In this document: in pieces, positions 26,825 through 35,527 of the stretch | How positions within the stretch are numbered: position 1 is the stretch's first letter | Layout: each line of letters begins with the position of its first letter | From: Eubacteriales bacterium | GTDB lineage: Bacteria; Bacillota; Clostridia; Oscillospirales; CAG-272 | Direction: 5' to 3' | DNA length: 64,000 nucleotides | Assembly (NCBI GenBank): GCA_045644805.1 | Contig: JAZRHO010000026.1 | Location: 1,483 to 65,482 of the forward strand | The notes under the pieces: model-generated | What the model was told of the DNA's origin: nothing | Databases searched by the model: none | Seen by the model: only the letters and a program-made list of their open reading frames with translations | Program-made: the position numbers and the translations under genes

Positions 26825-29800
26825 TTAGTGCTTTGACGAGGTATGCGCGCGCTTTGCGCTTCCGCCCGTAAGTGCTATCATTTTTACAGCTGCCAAGCTA
26901 TACGAATTAGCGATAATGTTAATCGGTTTATCTATAACCCCGCGCGCAAGCACCTTGACGTATTTTGCATCTTTGGGAACTATGCCTTTCTCCTTCATAG
27001 TGTTTATATCTACCGTATCACCGGCGAGGAAGCTATTTGAAATTGTATCAACATTCACTATACAACGTTTTCGTCCGCTGGTTTTTATAACCGTAGGCGA
27101 ATCGGTAAGGAGATTTTTCGCAAGAAAATCAGGTATCAGACTGTTTGCATGCGCCTCGTCGACGGCAAGCAGAGTTTCGAGCGGCGGCTCATCCTTAATC
27201 TCGTTTTCATTCACAGTCTCGAAGCACGGCACTTTTTTTACAAATATCTTTTCTTTTACTGCCGTCGCTGCAGCAAAAACTTTTTTACGGTTTTTTACGG
27301 CAATAAAAATGCCCATAGCAAAGATGATAAAGAGCAGAAGTAATATAAGAATAAGCTGGATATTACCGCTTTGAGCTTTTGCTTTTGCGGGCAAAACTGT
27401 CACAAGATAATCAGAGTTCGCGCATTTAAGATACACGTAACCGTTATCGGTATAAAATTCTTCTCTCAGGCTGTCTCCTTCAACGATACTGCCTTCGGTA
27501 ACGGTAAAGCTATTGCCACCATCATCTATCTTGACGGTTATTTCCCTTCTTGCTATAATAAAGCTTTTTTCATTCACACCGTCTTTAAATACGTAGTTTT
27601 CCGTATCCTTAAGAATGAAGGAAACGGTATATTCACCTGCCGATAAGGCATGCGGAACGGATACGGTGTACAAAGAGCTTGGCGCAACATACGGAATATA
27701 AATGCTTCCGTTATACACGCCGGATTCAATCTGCGGTAAATCAACAACGCATTTTTCTATAATAAGCCTGCCCGATGGAATAACAGGCTCGAAATAATTT
27801 TCCGTATCATAGGAAAGAATCGCAGAAAGCTCGTATTCACCTGCATCCTTTGCGCTGTTCAGAATATAAGAGGAAACGCTTACGCCATCAGGCAATCCGC
27901 CGAGATAGGAGAATTTATATTCACCATCATAAATGAAAGATGCTTCGGACCAACAAACTGCGCTCATATCATATTGCGCGAGAGCGACGTCAATTTCGGC
28001 GCTTGTTTCAAATCCACCCGCGCTCAGATGTATTATCCTATCATTTGCCTTTAGGCATTCACCGTTTTCATATCTTATTGATATGTTTTCAAAATCTATA
28101 TAGCTTATGCTTTCGTCGTTATTTACGTAGTAAGCGCAGATATCATCGGATGTGATTTCGTTCATTGCCGTCAAGTTTTCGGACAGTATATTTACGACAA
28201 GTCTTATGGGACTTATCTTTACAACGTTAAACGTAAGAACCTTGCAAGAAATACCGAGATAATTCTGACCCTCGGGCACGTATGCCATCATATAATAGGT
28301 GCCCGCTTCTGTTGCGGATATGGGGTTTTTAAGCTCGGAATCGGAAAAATAGAAATAAACTGCTTCTCCGTATAAGGACTCTCCCAAAGGAGCCGGCAAA
28401 CCGCCCTCGTAATAATCTGAAATCTGAGGCTCGCTTATCCAATGGTTAGGCGCTTTTTCAATTACAAACGCCATTTGCGGATTAATTATTCTGTAATTCA
28501 GATCAGATGATGATGCGAGCGCAACATATTCTCCCGCATTTTTCGCACTTCCCGTAACGGTAACCGGGCACTCCTCGCAGAGCGCATTGGGTATATGATC
28601 CTGACCGTTATAGGTAAAGACAAGATTTTCCCATACAGCAATAACTCCTTTAGGCAAAATCTTAACGTAAACGCTCATATCAGCGGGAACAACATAATTT
28701 TTACTGTCCGTACCAAAGCTTATAACAACTTCTACACTTCCCTCAGCAACATAAGTCACTCCTTGTGAAAAGCTGTAAAAAGGAACGCTTCCGTCAAGAC
28801 CTATAGGCAAGACTCCGTACGATGACGGAAAATGTGCTTGTCCGTCAAAGGTATATTCGCTGTCCGAAAAACCAAATGATGACCAGTCATATTCTATTGG
28901 AGTAATTTTCCAAGTGTGAGTTATAGGATTTGGCGCGTTGTAATTCTTAGTATCATAAATGATAGTTACCGATGTAGTATATTCACCTACGTCGGTAAAT
29001 GATGAATCCGCGTATCCTACAAGTGTTACGTTTTTCGGTAGTCCGTAAATTTGCACGGACTGGACCTCTCCGTTATAAGGCAGACTGTCGGCGCTCCAAT
29101 ATACGTCTTTTAAATCAAGCTCCGCTTTCAAAATTTCAAAATCAACGGTTGGATTTATAAGCGTATAGTTCTTATCTGTGAAAATTGCGGACGCTGTATA
29201 TTTGCCAGCGTCAGTAGCACCTCCGCTTACCGCAACAGATATTAAAAGTCCCTCTGCGCTCACAAGTTCAGCCGTGGGAATTTTAGGCGCTCCGTCATAC
29301 GTAAAGCTTAGGTTTTTATAATTTACGTAAACGGGCAAGGGTTTAATGGTAAGCGTCGCGCTAACGGAATCGGGTAAATTATAATTTACACTCTCCGTAA
29401 AAAATGAAATCGTGACCGTGTAAGTTCCTACATCTATGCCACCTCCGGAAACAGTATATTCGAGCTTTATTCCGTCAAGCCCGACAATATCTGCGCTTGC
29501 GTCTATTGTATGTCTTTTACCGTTATACGTTGATACCTTATCCTCAAATACCAGAGATGATATATCATAATCCGCTGCTCGCACAGTCACGGCAATCGGC
29601 ACCGAAGCATCACCTACACGAATAATAGCACAGCTATCGCAAACACGGAATGAATCTGCCGTTTTATATTCTATCTCAACAATGTCAGTATCGATTTTTT
29701 CACACCTTCCGCTATTGTAAGTGACCGAAAATTCAGCGCCCTCAAGCGAAAGAGTTTCAAAGGCTTGATATTCGGTCTTGTCGGGATATTTATCAACCAT

Positions 29801-31672
29801 AATACCCACGCATATTTCGGAAAAAATTTCAAAAGCTATCGGCTCGGAAGAAAGCGATGTATAGTTTTCAGTGCCGTCCACGCTTATCAAAATATAATAT
29901 TTACCTGCTTCTGAGGGGATATCGCTTTGCCAATTTACACCGTCGGAGGAATACATGTAGTAACACTTACCGAATTTTGCTTCCGCTGTGACAGACAAAT
30001 CAAAGCCTACATAGGTATCTTCAACGTTTGGAGGCGATAAAAAACAATTTTGGGCTTGAGTAATATAAAACGTAAGATTAACGCTCTCAGCACAAGAGTC
30101 TTCCCACTTGTAGTTTAACGGGTCAGTAAGAGTGAGAGTTACCGCATATGCTCCTACGCCTATTCCACCGGATGAAAACGAGGTATAAAGACTCGACTTG
30201 GGAACATCGGGATAAACGGTGCCCCCGGTATAAGCAAGCGAAGGAATCGAAGGATATTTTAGCGTTTGTTTTTCTATATTAACTGCTACTTCAGGAGTAT
30301 CTACTACAACATAATCACCGTTATATGCAAATGTTAGTTTACAAAAATAGATTCCCGAGTCTGATACAGACGTGATTGATATACTATCTGAGCTGTAAAT
30401 TGTAGGGGCGGAATCTTTATACCAAACAAAGCTAAAGCTCCCCTCCTCTGCCAATGGGTGAGTAAGCTTATCAAATCCGAGAATATGTTCTTTTCCATCG
30501 TAAACGAAACTTTTTGAACTTATTGAAAATTCGGGTGGAGTAAGTGAAAATGATGCGTACAAATTGAAATCAGAGTATTCAAGTGTCCCAAACGCATATG
30601 ACTCATTTAAGGCGCTGTCCTTATACCAACCGCAAAAATTATATCCCTGCTTCAAAGGCAAATCAGGAGCCGAAATGCTTTCACCCTTTAAAAATTCAAC
30701 AGTAAAATACAAGGTGTTATCACAATAAAATCTAGCACACAGTGGCATATAAACAGCAATAAATGATTTTTCTTCGCTGTATTCGGATGAGGAAAAATAC
30801 GAAAGTGAAATGGCCTCGCCCACTTCATCAAAAAAATTTATATTTTCCAAATCACTCTCTTTTGCATTATGAAACACCTCAACGAAGGTACCGTTATCAA
30901 AGCTTTGATTATACATAACAGAAAAGGTAGCGGAATTTGGAATTTGGCACGCAGTAAGGCTTATGGGTTTGTTTGTTATAACGTCGTAGCTGTAACTGTT
31001 AAATTCAGGCGCACCGCCTATGCTTAAGCTGGCTTTATTTTCAATTGCGGGACCGTAGCTGTTTTTGATTTTTCCGGAAATGATTTCTACGCTTCCCATA
31101 CTGCAGTTAACTGCTCCATCAGTGGTTTCAGAGGTTATTTCCATACCATCAATTATGAGTTTTGAAGAGGCGGAATAATCAAGCAAAAAAGCGGAGCTTG
31201 AATAAGAATAAATTTCTCCACCTAGCGCCTTTGTTATGCCACCCTTTATCTTTAAAGATCCTCTTGTAATATTGAGGCTGAAATCATCAAGAATTATATT
31301 TTCCCCGCAAAGATTTAGATTACCGTCATACATTTTAAGAGCCCCGCAAAGAGTCACACTTTTACTTACAGTAATACTGCCGTGGTAGTCGAGCGACGAA
31401 AAATAAAGCACAACTCCATCACTTTCAATTAACGTGATAAGAGAAGAAAGATCGCTATCGGTTACGCTTACTTCTCCGAGATTTGCGGTATATGCGCCAT
31501 TTGCGAACTCAATTATGTATGAGACCGCGCTGCTATAATCTGCCGTAAGATTAATGGAACCAATATCTTTTTCACTGACCTTATAATCTTCTTCGCAAGA
31601 ATCAACTCCTGAGAACAAAAAAAGGACTGAAAAAGCAATAACAGCTCCAAGAATTTTGAACTTCAATTTCAT
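26825..31672 (-). CDS. Giant (1615 aa) single-pass surface protein. Domain order: signal peptide, beta-helix-like region, Listeria-Bacteroides-type repeat, >=12 MBG-type repeats, TM helix, cytoplasmic uL15-like tail
   Basis: The ATG at 31672 has an AAGGAG RBS and the signal peptide MKLKFKILGAVIAFSVLFLFSG. FCGWYKDSALNESYAFG repeat. Reiterated Y(D/N)G...(D/N)(A/V)G(K/E/T)Y...NY modules. TM segment IQLILILLLLFIIFAMGIFIAV, followed by a 156-aa tail. Confidence 0.85.
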   Translation of the reverse strand: MKLKFKILGAVIAFSVLFLFSGVDSCEEDYKVSEKDIGSINLTADYSSAVSYIIEFANGAYTANLGEVSVTDSDLSSLITLIESDGVVLYFSSLDYHGSITVSKSVTLCGALKMYDGNLNLCGENIILDDFSLNITRGSLKIKGGITKALGGEIYSYSSSAFLLDYSASSKLIIDGMEITSETTDGAVNCSMGSVEIISGKIKNSYGPAIENKASLSIGGAPEFNSYSYDVITNKPISLTACQIPNSATFSVMYNQSFDNGTFVEVFHNAKESDLENINFFDEVGEAISLSYFSSSEYSEEKSFIAVYMPLCARFYCDNTLYFTVEFLKGESISAPDLPLKQGYNFCGWYKDSALNESYAFGTLEYSDFNLYASFSLTPPEFSISSKSFVYDGKEHILGFDKLTHPLAEEGSFSFVWYKDSAPTIYSSDSISITSVSDSGIYFCKLTFAYNGDYVVVDTPEVAVNIEKQTLKYPSIPSLAYTGGTVYPDVPKSSLYTSFSSGGIGVGAYAVTLTLTDPLNYKWEDSCAESVNLTFYITQAQNCFLSPPNVEDTYVGFDLSVTAEAKFGKCYYMYSSDGVNWQSDIPSEAGKYYILISVDGTENYTSLSSEPIAFEIFSEICVGIMVDKYPDKTEYQAFETLSLEGAEFSVTYNSGRCEKIDTDIVEIEYKTADSFRVCDSCAIIRVGDASVPIAVTVRAADYDISSLVFEDKVSTYNGKRHTIDASADIVGLDGIKLEYTVSGGGIDVGTYTVTISFFTESVNYNLPDSVSATLTIKPLPVYVNYKNLSFTYDGAPKIPTAELVSAEGLLISVAVSGGATDAGKYTASAIFTDKNYTLINPTVDFEILKAELDLKDVYWSADSLPYNGEVQSVQIYGLPKNVTLVGYADSSFTDVGEYTTSVTIIYDTKNYNAPNPITHTWKITPIEYDWSSFGFSDSEYTFDGQAHFPSSYGVLPIGLDGSVPFYSFSQGVTYVAEGSVEVVISFGTDSKNYVVPADMSVYVKILPKGVIAVWENLVFTYNGQDHIPNALCEECPVTVTGSAKNAGEYVALASSSDLNYRIINPQMAFVIEKAPNHWISEPQISDYYEGGLPAPLGESLYGEAVYFYFSDSELKNPISATEAGTYYMMAYVPEGQNYLGISCKVLTFNVVKISPIRLVVNILSENLTAMNEITSDDICAYYVNNDESISYIDFENISIRYENGECLKANDRIIHLSAGGFETSAEIDVALAQYDMSAVCWSEASFIYDGEYKFSYLGGLPDGVSVSSYILNSAKDAGEYELSAILSYDTENYFEPVIPSGRLIIEKCVVDLPQIESGVYNGSIYIPYVAPSSLYTVSVPHALSAGEYTVSFILKDTENYVFKDGVNEKSFIIARREITVKIDDGGNSFTVTEGSIVEGDSLREEFYTDNGYVYLKCANSDYLVTVLPAKAKAQSGNIQLILILLLLFIIFAMGIFIAVKNRKKVFAAATAVKEKIFVKKVPCFETVNENEIKDEPPLETLLAVDEAHANSLIPDFLAKNLLTDSPTVIKTSGRKRCIVNVDTISNSFLAGDTVDINTMKEKGIVPKDAKYVKVLARGVIDKPINIIANSYSLAAVKMIALTGGSAKRAHTSSKH

Positions 31673-31718
31673 TTTTTTACTCCTTGCTTTTGGAAATAAA
31701 TTCCACTTTTTATATAAA

Positions 31719-31747
31719 ATTATATCCGCAAAATTCTCAAAACTCAA
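31719..31747 (-). promoter_or_regulatory. Sigma-A promoter candidate for the giant surface protein gene
   Basis: Minus strand: TTGAGT (31747-31742), 17 nt, TATAAT (31724-31719). Confidence 0.5.
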
Positions 31748-31819
31748 GATTACAGAACGTTAAATTATCCGTCTTTTGCGACGCGTTAGGGCATCTTTCA
31801 TTCTTTTATGAATTTTTTT

Positions 31820-31848
31820 TTGTCAAATGCTCGGAGAAAGTATATATA
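31820..31848 (+). promoter_or_regulatory. Sigma-A promoter candidate driving the small leader transcript
   Basis: TTGTCA (31820-31825), 17 nt, TATATA (31843-31848). Confidence 0.5.
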
Positions 31849-31894
31849 AGCATTCTTTTTTGCGATATTCTTTTTGTTTTCAGGAAGTTTAACC

Positions 31895-31987
31895 ATGAAG
31901 AATCATTTTTTAAAAATATTTGTTTTTTCACATTTTTTTGACATGTTTCAGCTGTACCATTGTTTGAAAAGTTATATATTTGTCTAA
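31895..31987 (+). CDS. 30-codon Phe/Tyr/His-rich small ORF (candidate leader peptide)
   Basis: AGGAAG at 31882-31887, 7 nt before the ATG. Translation is MKNHFLKIFVFSHFFDMFQLYHCLKSYIFV. The stop codon TAA (31985-31987) abuts the 5' arm of the terminator. Caveat: the T-rich DNA inflates TTT codons. Confidence 0.35.
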   Translation: MKNHFLKIFVFSHFFDMFQLYHCLKSYIFV

Positions 31988-32026
31988 GAATATCGATTTT
32001 TACATACAATCGATATTCTTTTTTTC
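31986..32026 (+). terminator. Strong Rho-independent terminator 30 nt upstream of the aro-operon promoter
   Basis: aagaatatcgatt (31986-31998) / aatcgatattctt (32008-32020) is a 13-bp perfect stem with a 9-nt loop, followed by the rest of a T7 run (32019-32025) that begins with the stem's last two Ts. Confidence 0.8.
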
Positions 32027-32057
32027 ACTGCTATACATAAAAAAGGTGAAATTATTA

Positions 32058-32086
32058 TTGACTTTCCTTTAATGAAATAGTATAAT
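32058..32086 (+). promoter_or_regulatory. Sigma-A promoter of the aromatic amino-acid operon
   Basis: TTGACT (32058-32063), 17 nt, TATAAT (32081-32086). About 40 nt upstream of the first ATG. Confidence 0.7.
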
Positions 32087-32125
32087 ATTTTATATATTTT
32101 ATGCGATGTTTGGGAGGACTTTAGG

Positions 32126-33316
32126 ATGATAAACGAAAAAATGAAAAATTTAGGTCTTAACCGTTCAACAATTCGCGAGCTTTTTGAATTTGGAAAGGCA
32201 TTAAAAGCAGAGAAAGGCGAAGAGAACGTTTTCGATTTTTCGCTTGGAAATCCTAGTGTTGAGCCCCCTATGTCCGTAAACGAAGGAATCGCAAGCCTGA
32301 TTAAGAATATCCCACAGACCGAGCTTCACGGTTATACATCGGCAGAAGGAGATTTTTCAGTAAGAAATTCAATTTCCGAGTATATAAAGAAAACGCATGG
32401 ATTTGATTCTGCCGACCCTTCATACGTTTATATGACGGCAGGAGCAGCGGGTGCTTTGACATCTGTCCTCACCGCAGTTACATCAGAAAAAGAGAGCGTT
32501 ATCGTTCTCGCTCCTTTCTTCCCTGAATACAAGGTCTTTGTCGAAAGAAACGGCACGAAACTAAAAACCGTATCCTGCCGGAGCGGAGACTTTGGCCCCG
32601 ACTTTGATAAAATATCTTCAGCGATAGACGAAACGGTTGCCGCAGTCATAATAAATTCGCCAAACAATCCTACCGGTGCCGTTTATTCAGAGAAAGACAT
32701 AAAAAGACTTGCAAAGATACTTGATGAAAAATCGAAGAAGTACAAAAAGCCGATTTACATTATCGCCGACGAGCCTTACAGAGAACTTGTTTATGACGGA
32801 ATATGCGTTCCTTTCATTCCAAACTATTACAAAAACACAATAGTTTGTTATTCATACAGTAAATCACTTTCCATTCCGGGAGAACGGATAGGATACGTCT
32901 TTGTTTCCCCGCTTGCCGACGATGCATATAATCTTTTCCGAGCAGTTTGCGGAGCAGGACGCGCTCTTGGCTTTGTTTGCGCGCCAAGTCTTCTTCAAAA
33001 GCTAATACCTCTTACAATAGGTCAAACATCGGATATAAGTATTTATCAGAATAACAGAAAAATCCTGTTCGACGCACTCACCGATTACGGCTATGAAGTA
33101 GTTCCGCCCTGCGGTGCATTCTATCTGTTTGTAAAGGCTATGTGCCCCGATGCAAAGGAATTTTCTCAGAGGGCAAAAAAATACGGACTTCTTCTCGTTC
33201 CAAGCGACGATTTCGGATGCGAAGGATACGTCAGAATTGCTTACTGCCAGAGTCCGGATATGATAAAGCGCTCCTTGCCCATGTTCAAAAAACTGGCAGA
33301 CGAATTTAAACACTAA
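32126..33316 (+). CDS. Class I PLP-dependent aminotransferase (aspartate/aromatic type)
   Basis: INSPNNPTG and YSYSKSLSIPGERIGY (PLP lysine) blocks. First gene of the aromatic operon. Confidence 0.9.
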   Translation: MINEKMKNLGLNRSTIRELFEFGKALKAEKGEENVFDFSLGNPSVEPPMSVNEGIASLIKNIPQTELHGYTSAEGDFSVRNSISEYIKKTHGFDSADPSYVYMTAGAAGALTSVLTAVTSEKESVIVLAPFFPEYKVFVERNGTKLKTVSCRSGDFGPDFDKISSAIDETVAAVIINSPNNPTGAVYSEKDIKRLAKILDEKSKKYKKPIYIIADEPYRELVYDGICVPFIPNYYKNTIVCYSYSKSLSIPGERIGYVFVSPLADDAYNLFRAVCGAGRALGFVCAPSLLQKLIPLTIGQTSDISIYQNNRKILFDALTDYGYEVVPPCGAFYLFVKAMCPDAKEFSQRAKKYGLLLVPSDDFGCEGYVRIAYCQSPDMIKRSLPMFKKLADEFKH

Positions 33317-33386
33317 ATCTATTAAATATTATAGCGTGAAACGGATATCGGTATTTTCTATTTTCACGCCATGGGAATAAATAAAA

Positions 33387-34481
33387 ATGAGAGACTTAAA
33401 GGATATAAGAATCACTATAAATGAAATCGACGCGCAGATGCGCGAGCTTTTTGCAAAACGAATGGCGGCGGCTAAAGAGGTTGCCGAATATAAATGCGCT
33501 CACGGAATTCCGATACTTGATTCGGCAAGAGAAGCAGCTGTTATTGAGAAGAACGCATCAGCACTTAATAACGAAGAGCTCAGACCGTATTACGTAAACT
33601 TTCTTGAAGATACTATGGCGGTTTCGAGAAGCTATCAGGACATGCTTATATCCGGCATGAAGGTTGCATATTCGGGTGAGCGCGGAGCTTTCGGATACAT
33701 AGCCGCATCTAAGCTTTTCCCTAACGCAAGGAAGGTTGCTTACAGCAATTTTGACAAAGCTTACGAGGCTTGCCGCAGCGGTGAGTGCGACGCGGCGGTA
33801 TTACCTATTGAGAATAGCTATAACGGTGAGGTTGGAGCCGTAACCGATTTGATGTTTTCAGGTCCGCTTATCGTTAATTCTGTTATAGATGTCGACGTGA
33901 CGCACTGCTTGCTTGGTGTAAAGGGTGCTTCGATTTCGGACATAAAGACGGTTATAAGCCATCCGCAGGCACTTGCGCAGTGCCACGGCTTCATAAGAGA
34001 ACACGGATTCTCCGAGCAGGACTATGAGAATACTGCGCTTGCAGCTGAATATGTCGCTTCGGTAGGTGATAAAACTCTGGCTGCAATCGGAAGCGAAAGT
34101 GCGGCGGCTATATTTGGCCTTGAGGTTATTGAGAAAAATATAAATCAATCCAAAAGCAATGCCACAAGGTTTGCATCCTTCTCGCGCTCCGAGCACAAGC
34201 ATCAGACTAACGAAGCAGGAATACACAGTATTCTTCTGTTCACTGTAAGAAACGAAGCAGGCGCGCTCGCGAAAGCTCTCGACATCATAGGTAAACACGG
34301 ATTCAATATGAGAAATCTCCGTTCAAGACCTATGAAGGAGCTTATGTGGCAATATTACTTCTACGTTGAAGCCGAGGGCAATATAAATTCCAAGGAAGGA
34401 AAGCGTTTGCTCGAAGACTTAAATGAATATTGCGATAAGGTTAAATTTATCGGTACATACGTCGATAAAAAATTTATCTAA
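33387..34481 (+). CDS. pheA: Bifunctional chorismate mutase / prephenate dehydratase
   Basis: N-terminal AroQ-type CM helix (IDAQMRELFAKRMAAAKEVAEYK), the PDT domain (VAYSGERGAFGY, NATRFASF), and a C-terminal ACT domain (LRSRPMKE). Confidence 0.92.
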   Translation: MRDLKDIRITINEIDAQMRELFAKRMAAAKEVAEYKCAHGIPILDSAREAAVIEKNASALNNEELRPYYVNFLEDTMAVSRSYQDMLISGMKVAYSGERGAFGYIAASKLFPNARKVAYSNFDKAYEACRSGECDAAVLPIENSYNGEVGAVTDLMFSGPLIVNSVIDVDVTHCLLGVKGASISDIKTVISHPQALAQCHGFIREHGFSEQDYENTALAAEYVASVGDKTLAAIGSESAAAIFGLEVIEKNINQSKSNATRFASFSRSEHKHQTNEAGIHSILLFTVRNEAGALAKALDIIGKHGFNMRNLRSRPMKELMWQYYFYVEAEGNINSKEGKRLLEDLNEYCDKVKFIGTYVDKKFI

Positions 34482-34502
34482 ACATAAGAACTGAGGTTTT
34501 TT

Positions 34503-35519
34503 ATGAAAGCTGAAAACAAGAAAATAAGAATGGAGCTCGGTGAGCGAAGCTATGATATTACCATAGGCGAAGGTCTGCTTTGCCGCGCTGACGAGTACAT
34601 GAATCTCAACCGACGTGTGCTTATCGTAACCGATTCCGGTGTTCCTGAAGAATATTCCAAAACGCTTGCATCGCTTTGCAGAGAAGCAAGGATTTTTACA
34701 TTTCCACAAGGCGAAGAAAGCAAAAACCTCGGTACTTACGCCGAGATATGCAAACAAATGTTGTCATTTGGTTTACAAAGAAAGGATGCGGTAGTTGCCG
34801 TAGGCGGTGGAGTTTGCGGTGATATGGCAGGCTTTGCGGCAGCAACCTACATGAGAGGAATTGATTTTTACAACGTTCCTACGACTCTTCTTTCTCAAGT
34901 AGATTCCTCGATAGGAGGAAAAACCGCTGTAGATTTCAGCGGTGTAAAAAATATCATAGGGGCATTTTATCAGCCTCGCGCTGTTCTTATAGATACTGAC
35001 GTTTTGAAAACCCTTGATAAGCGTCAGTTTTCCGCAGGTCTTGCAGAAGCCTTAAAAATGGCACTCACTTCAGATGGGGAGCTTTTTGAAATGATGGAAG
35101 CGGGTCTTTACAAGACGCGCCTTGCGGATATGATTTTCCGTGCGCTCTCTATAAAAAAGGCAGTTGTTGAAGCTGACGAATGCGAAGGTTCTTTGAGAAA
35201 AATTCTCAATTTCGGACATACATTTGGGCACGGCATAGAGGCTCTTGGCGGACTTTTGCACGGGGAGTGCGTTGCGCTTGGAATGATTCCTATGTGCTCT
35301 CCGAGCGTCAAAAAAAGACTTATTCCTATTTTACGTGACATGGGTCTGCCTACCGCTTTTGACGGTGACATGGATAAGGCTATCGATTTTATGAAGCATG
35401 ACAAAAAAGGCGATGGCGATGCTGCTCACGCTGTTTTTGTTGACGATATAGGAACGTTCAGACTCGAAAGGGTGACATTCGCAAATCTTGCAAAGCATAT
35501 CAAAAGTAATATGAATTGA
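34503..35519 (+). CDS. aroB: 3-dehydroquinate synthase
   Basis: GGGVCGDMAGFAAATYMRGIDFYNVPTTLLSQVDSSIGGKTAVD and the FGHTFGHGIE metal site. Confidence 0.93.
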   Translation: MKAENKKIRMELGERSYDITIGEGLLCRADEYMNLNRRVLIVTDSGVPEEYSKTLASLCREARIFTFPQGEESKNLGTYAEICKQMLSFGLQRKDAVVAVGGGVCGDMAGFAAATYMRGIDFYNVPTTLLSQVDSSIGGKTAVDFSGVKNIIGAFYQPRAVLIDTDVLKTLDKRQFSAGLAEALKMALTSDGELFEMMEAGLYKTRLADMIFRALSIKKAVVEADECEGSLRKILNFGHTFGHGIEALGGLLHGECVALGMIPMCSPSVKKRLIPILRDMGLPTAFDGDMDKAIDFMKHDKKGDGDAAHAVFVDDIGTFRLERVTFANLAKHIKSNMN

Positions 35520-35527
35520 GGAACCCA

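Noticed and set aside
31684-31941. 85-aa plus-strand ORF spanning the start of the giant surface protein gene.
   Set aside because: It uses a non-ATG start, has no RBS, overlaps the 5' end and promoter of the minus-strand gene, and gives an AT-rich, Phe/Leu-rich translation. The 30-codon ORF in another frame (31895-31987) at least has an SD and a terminator.
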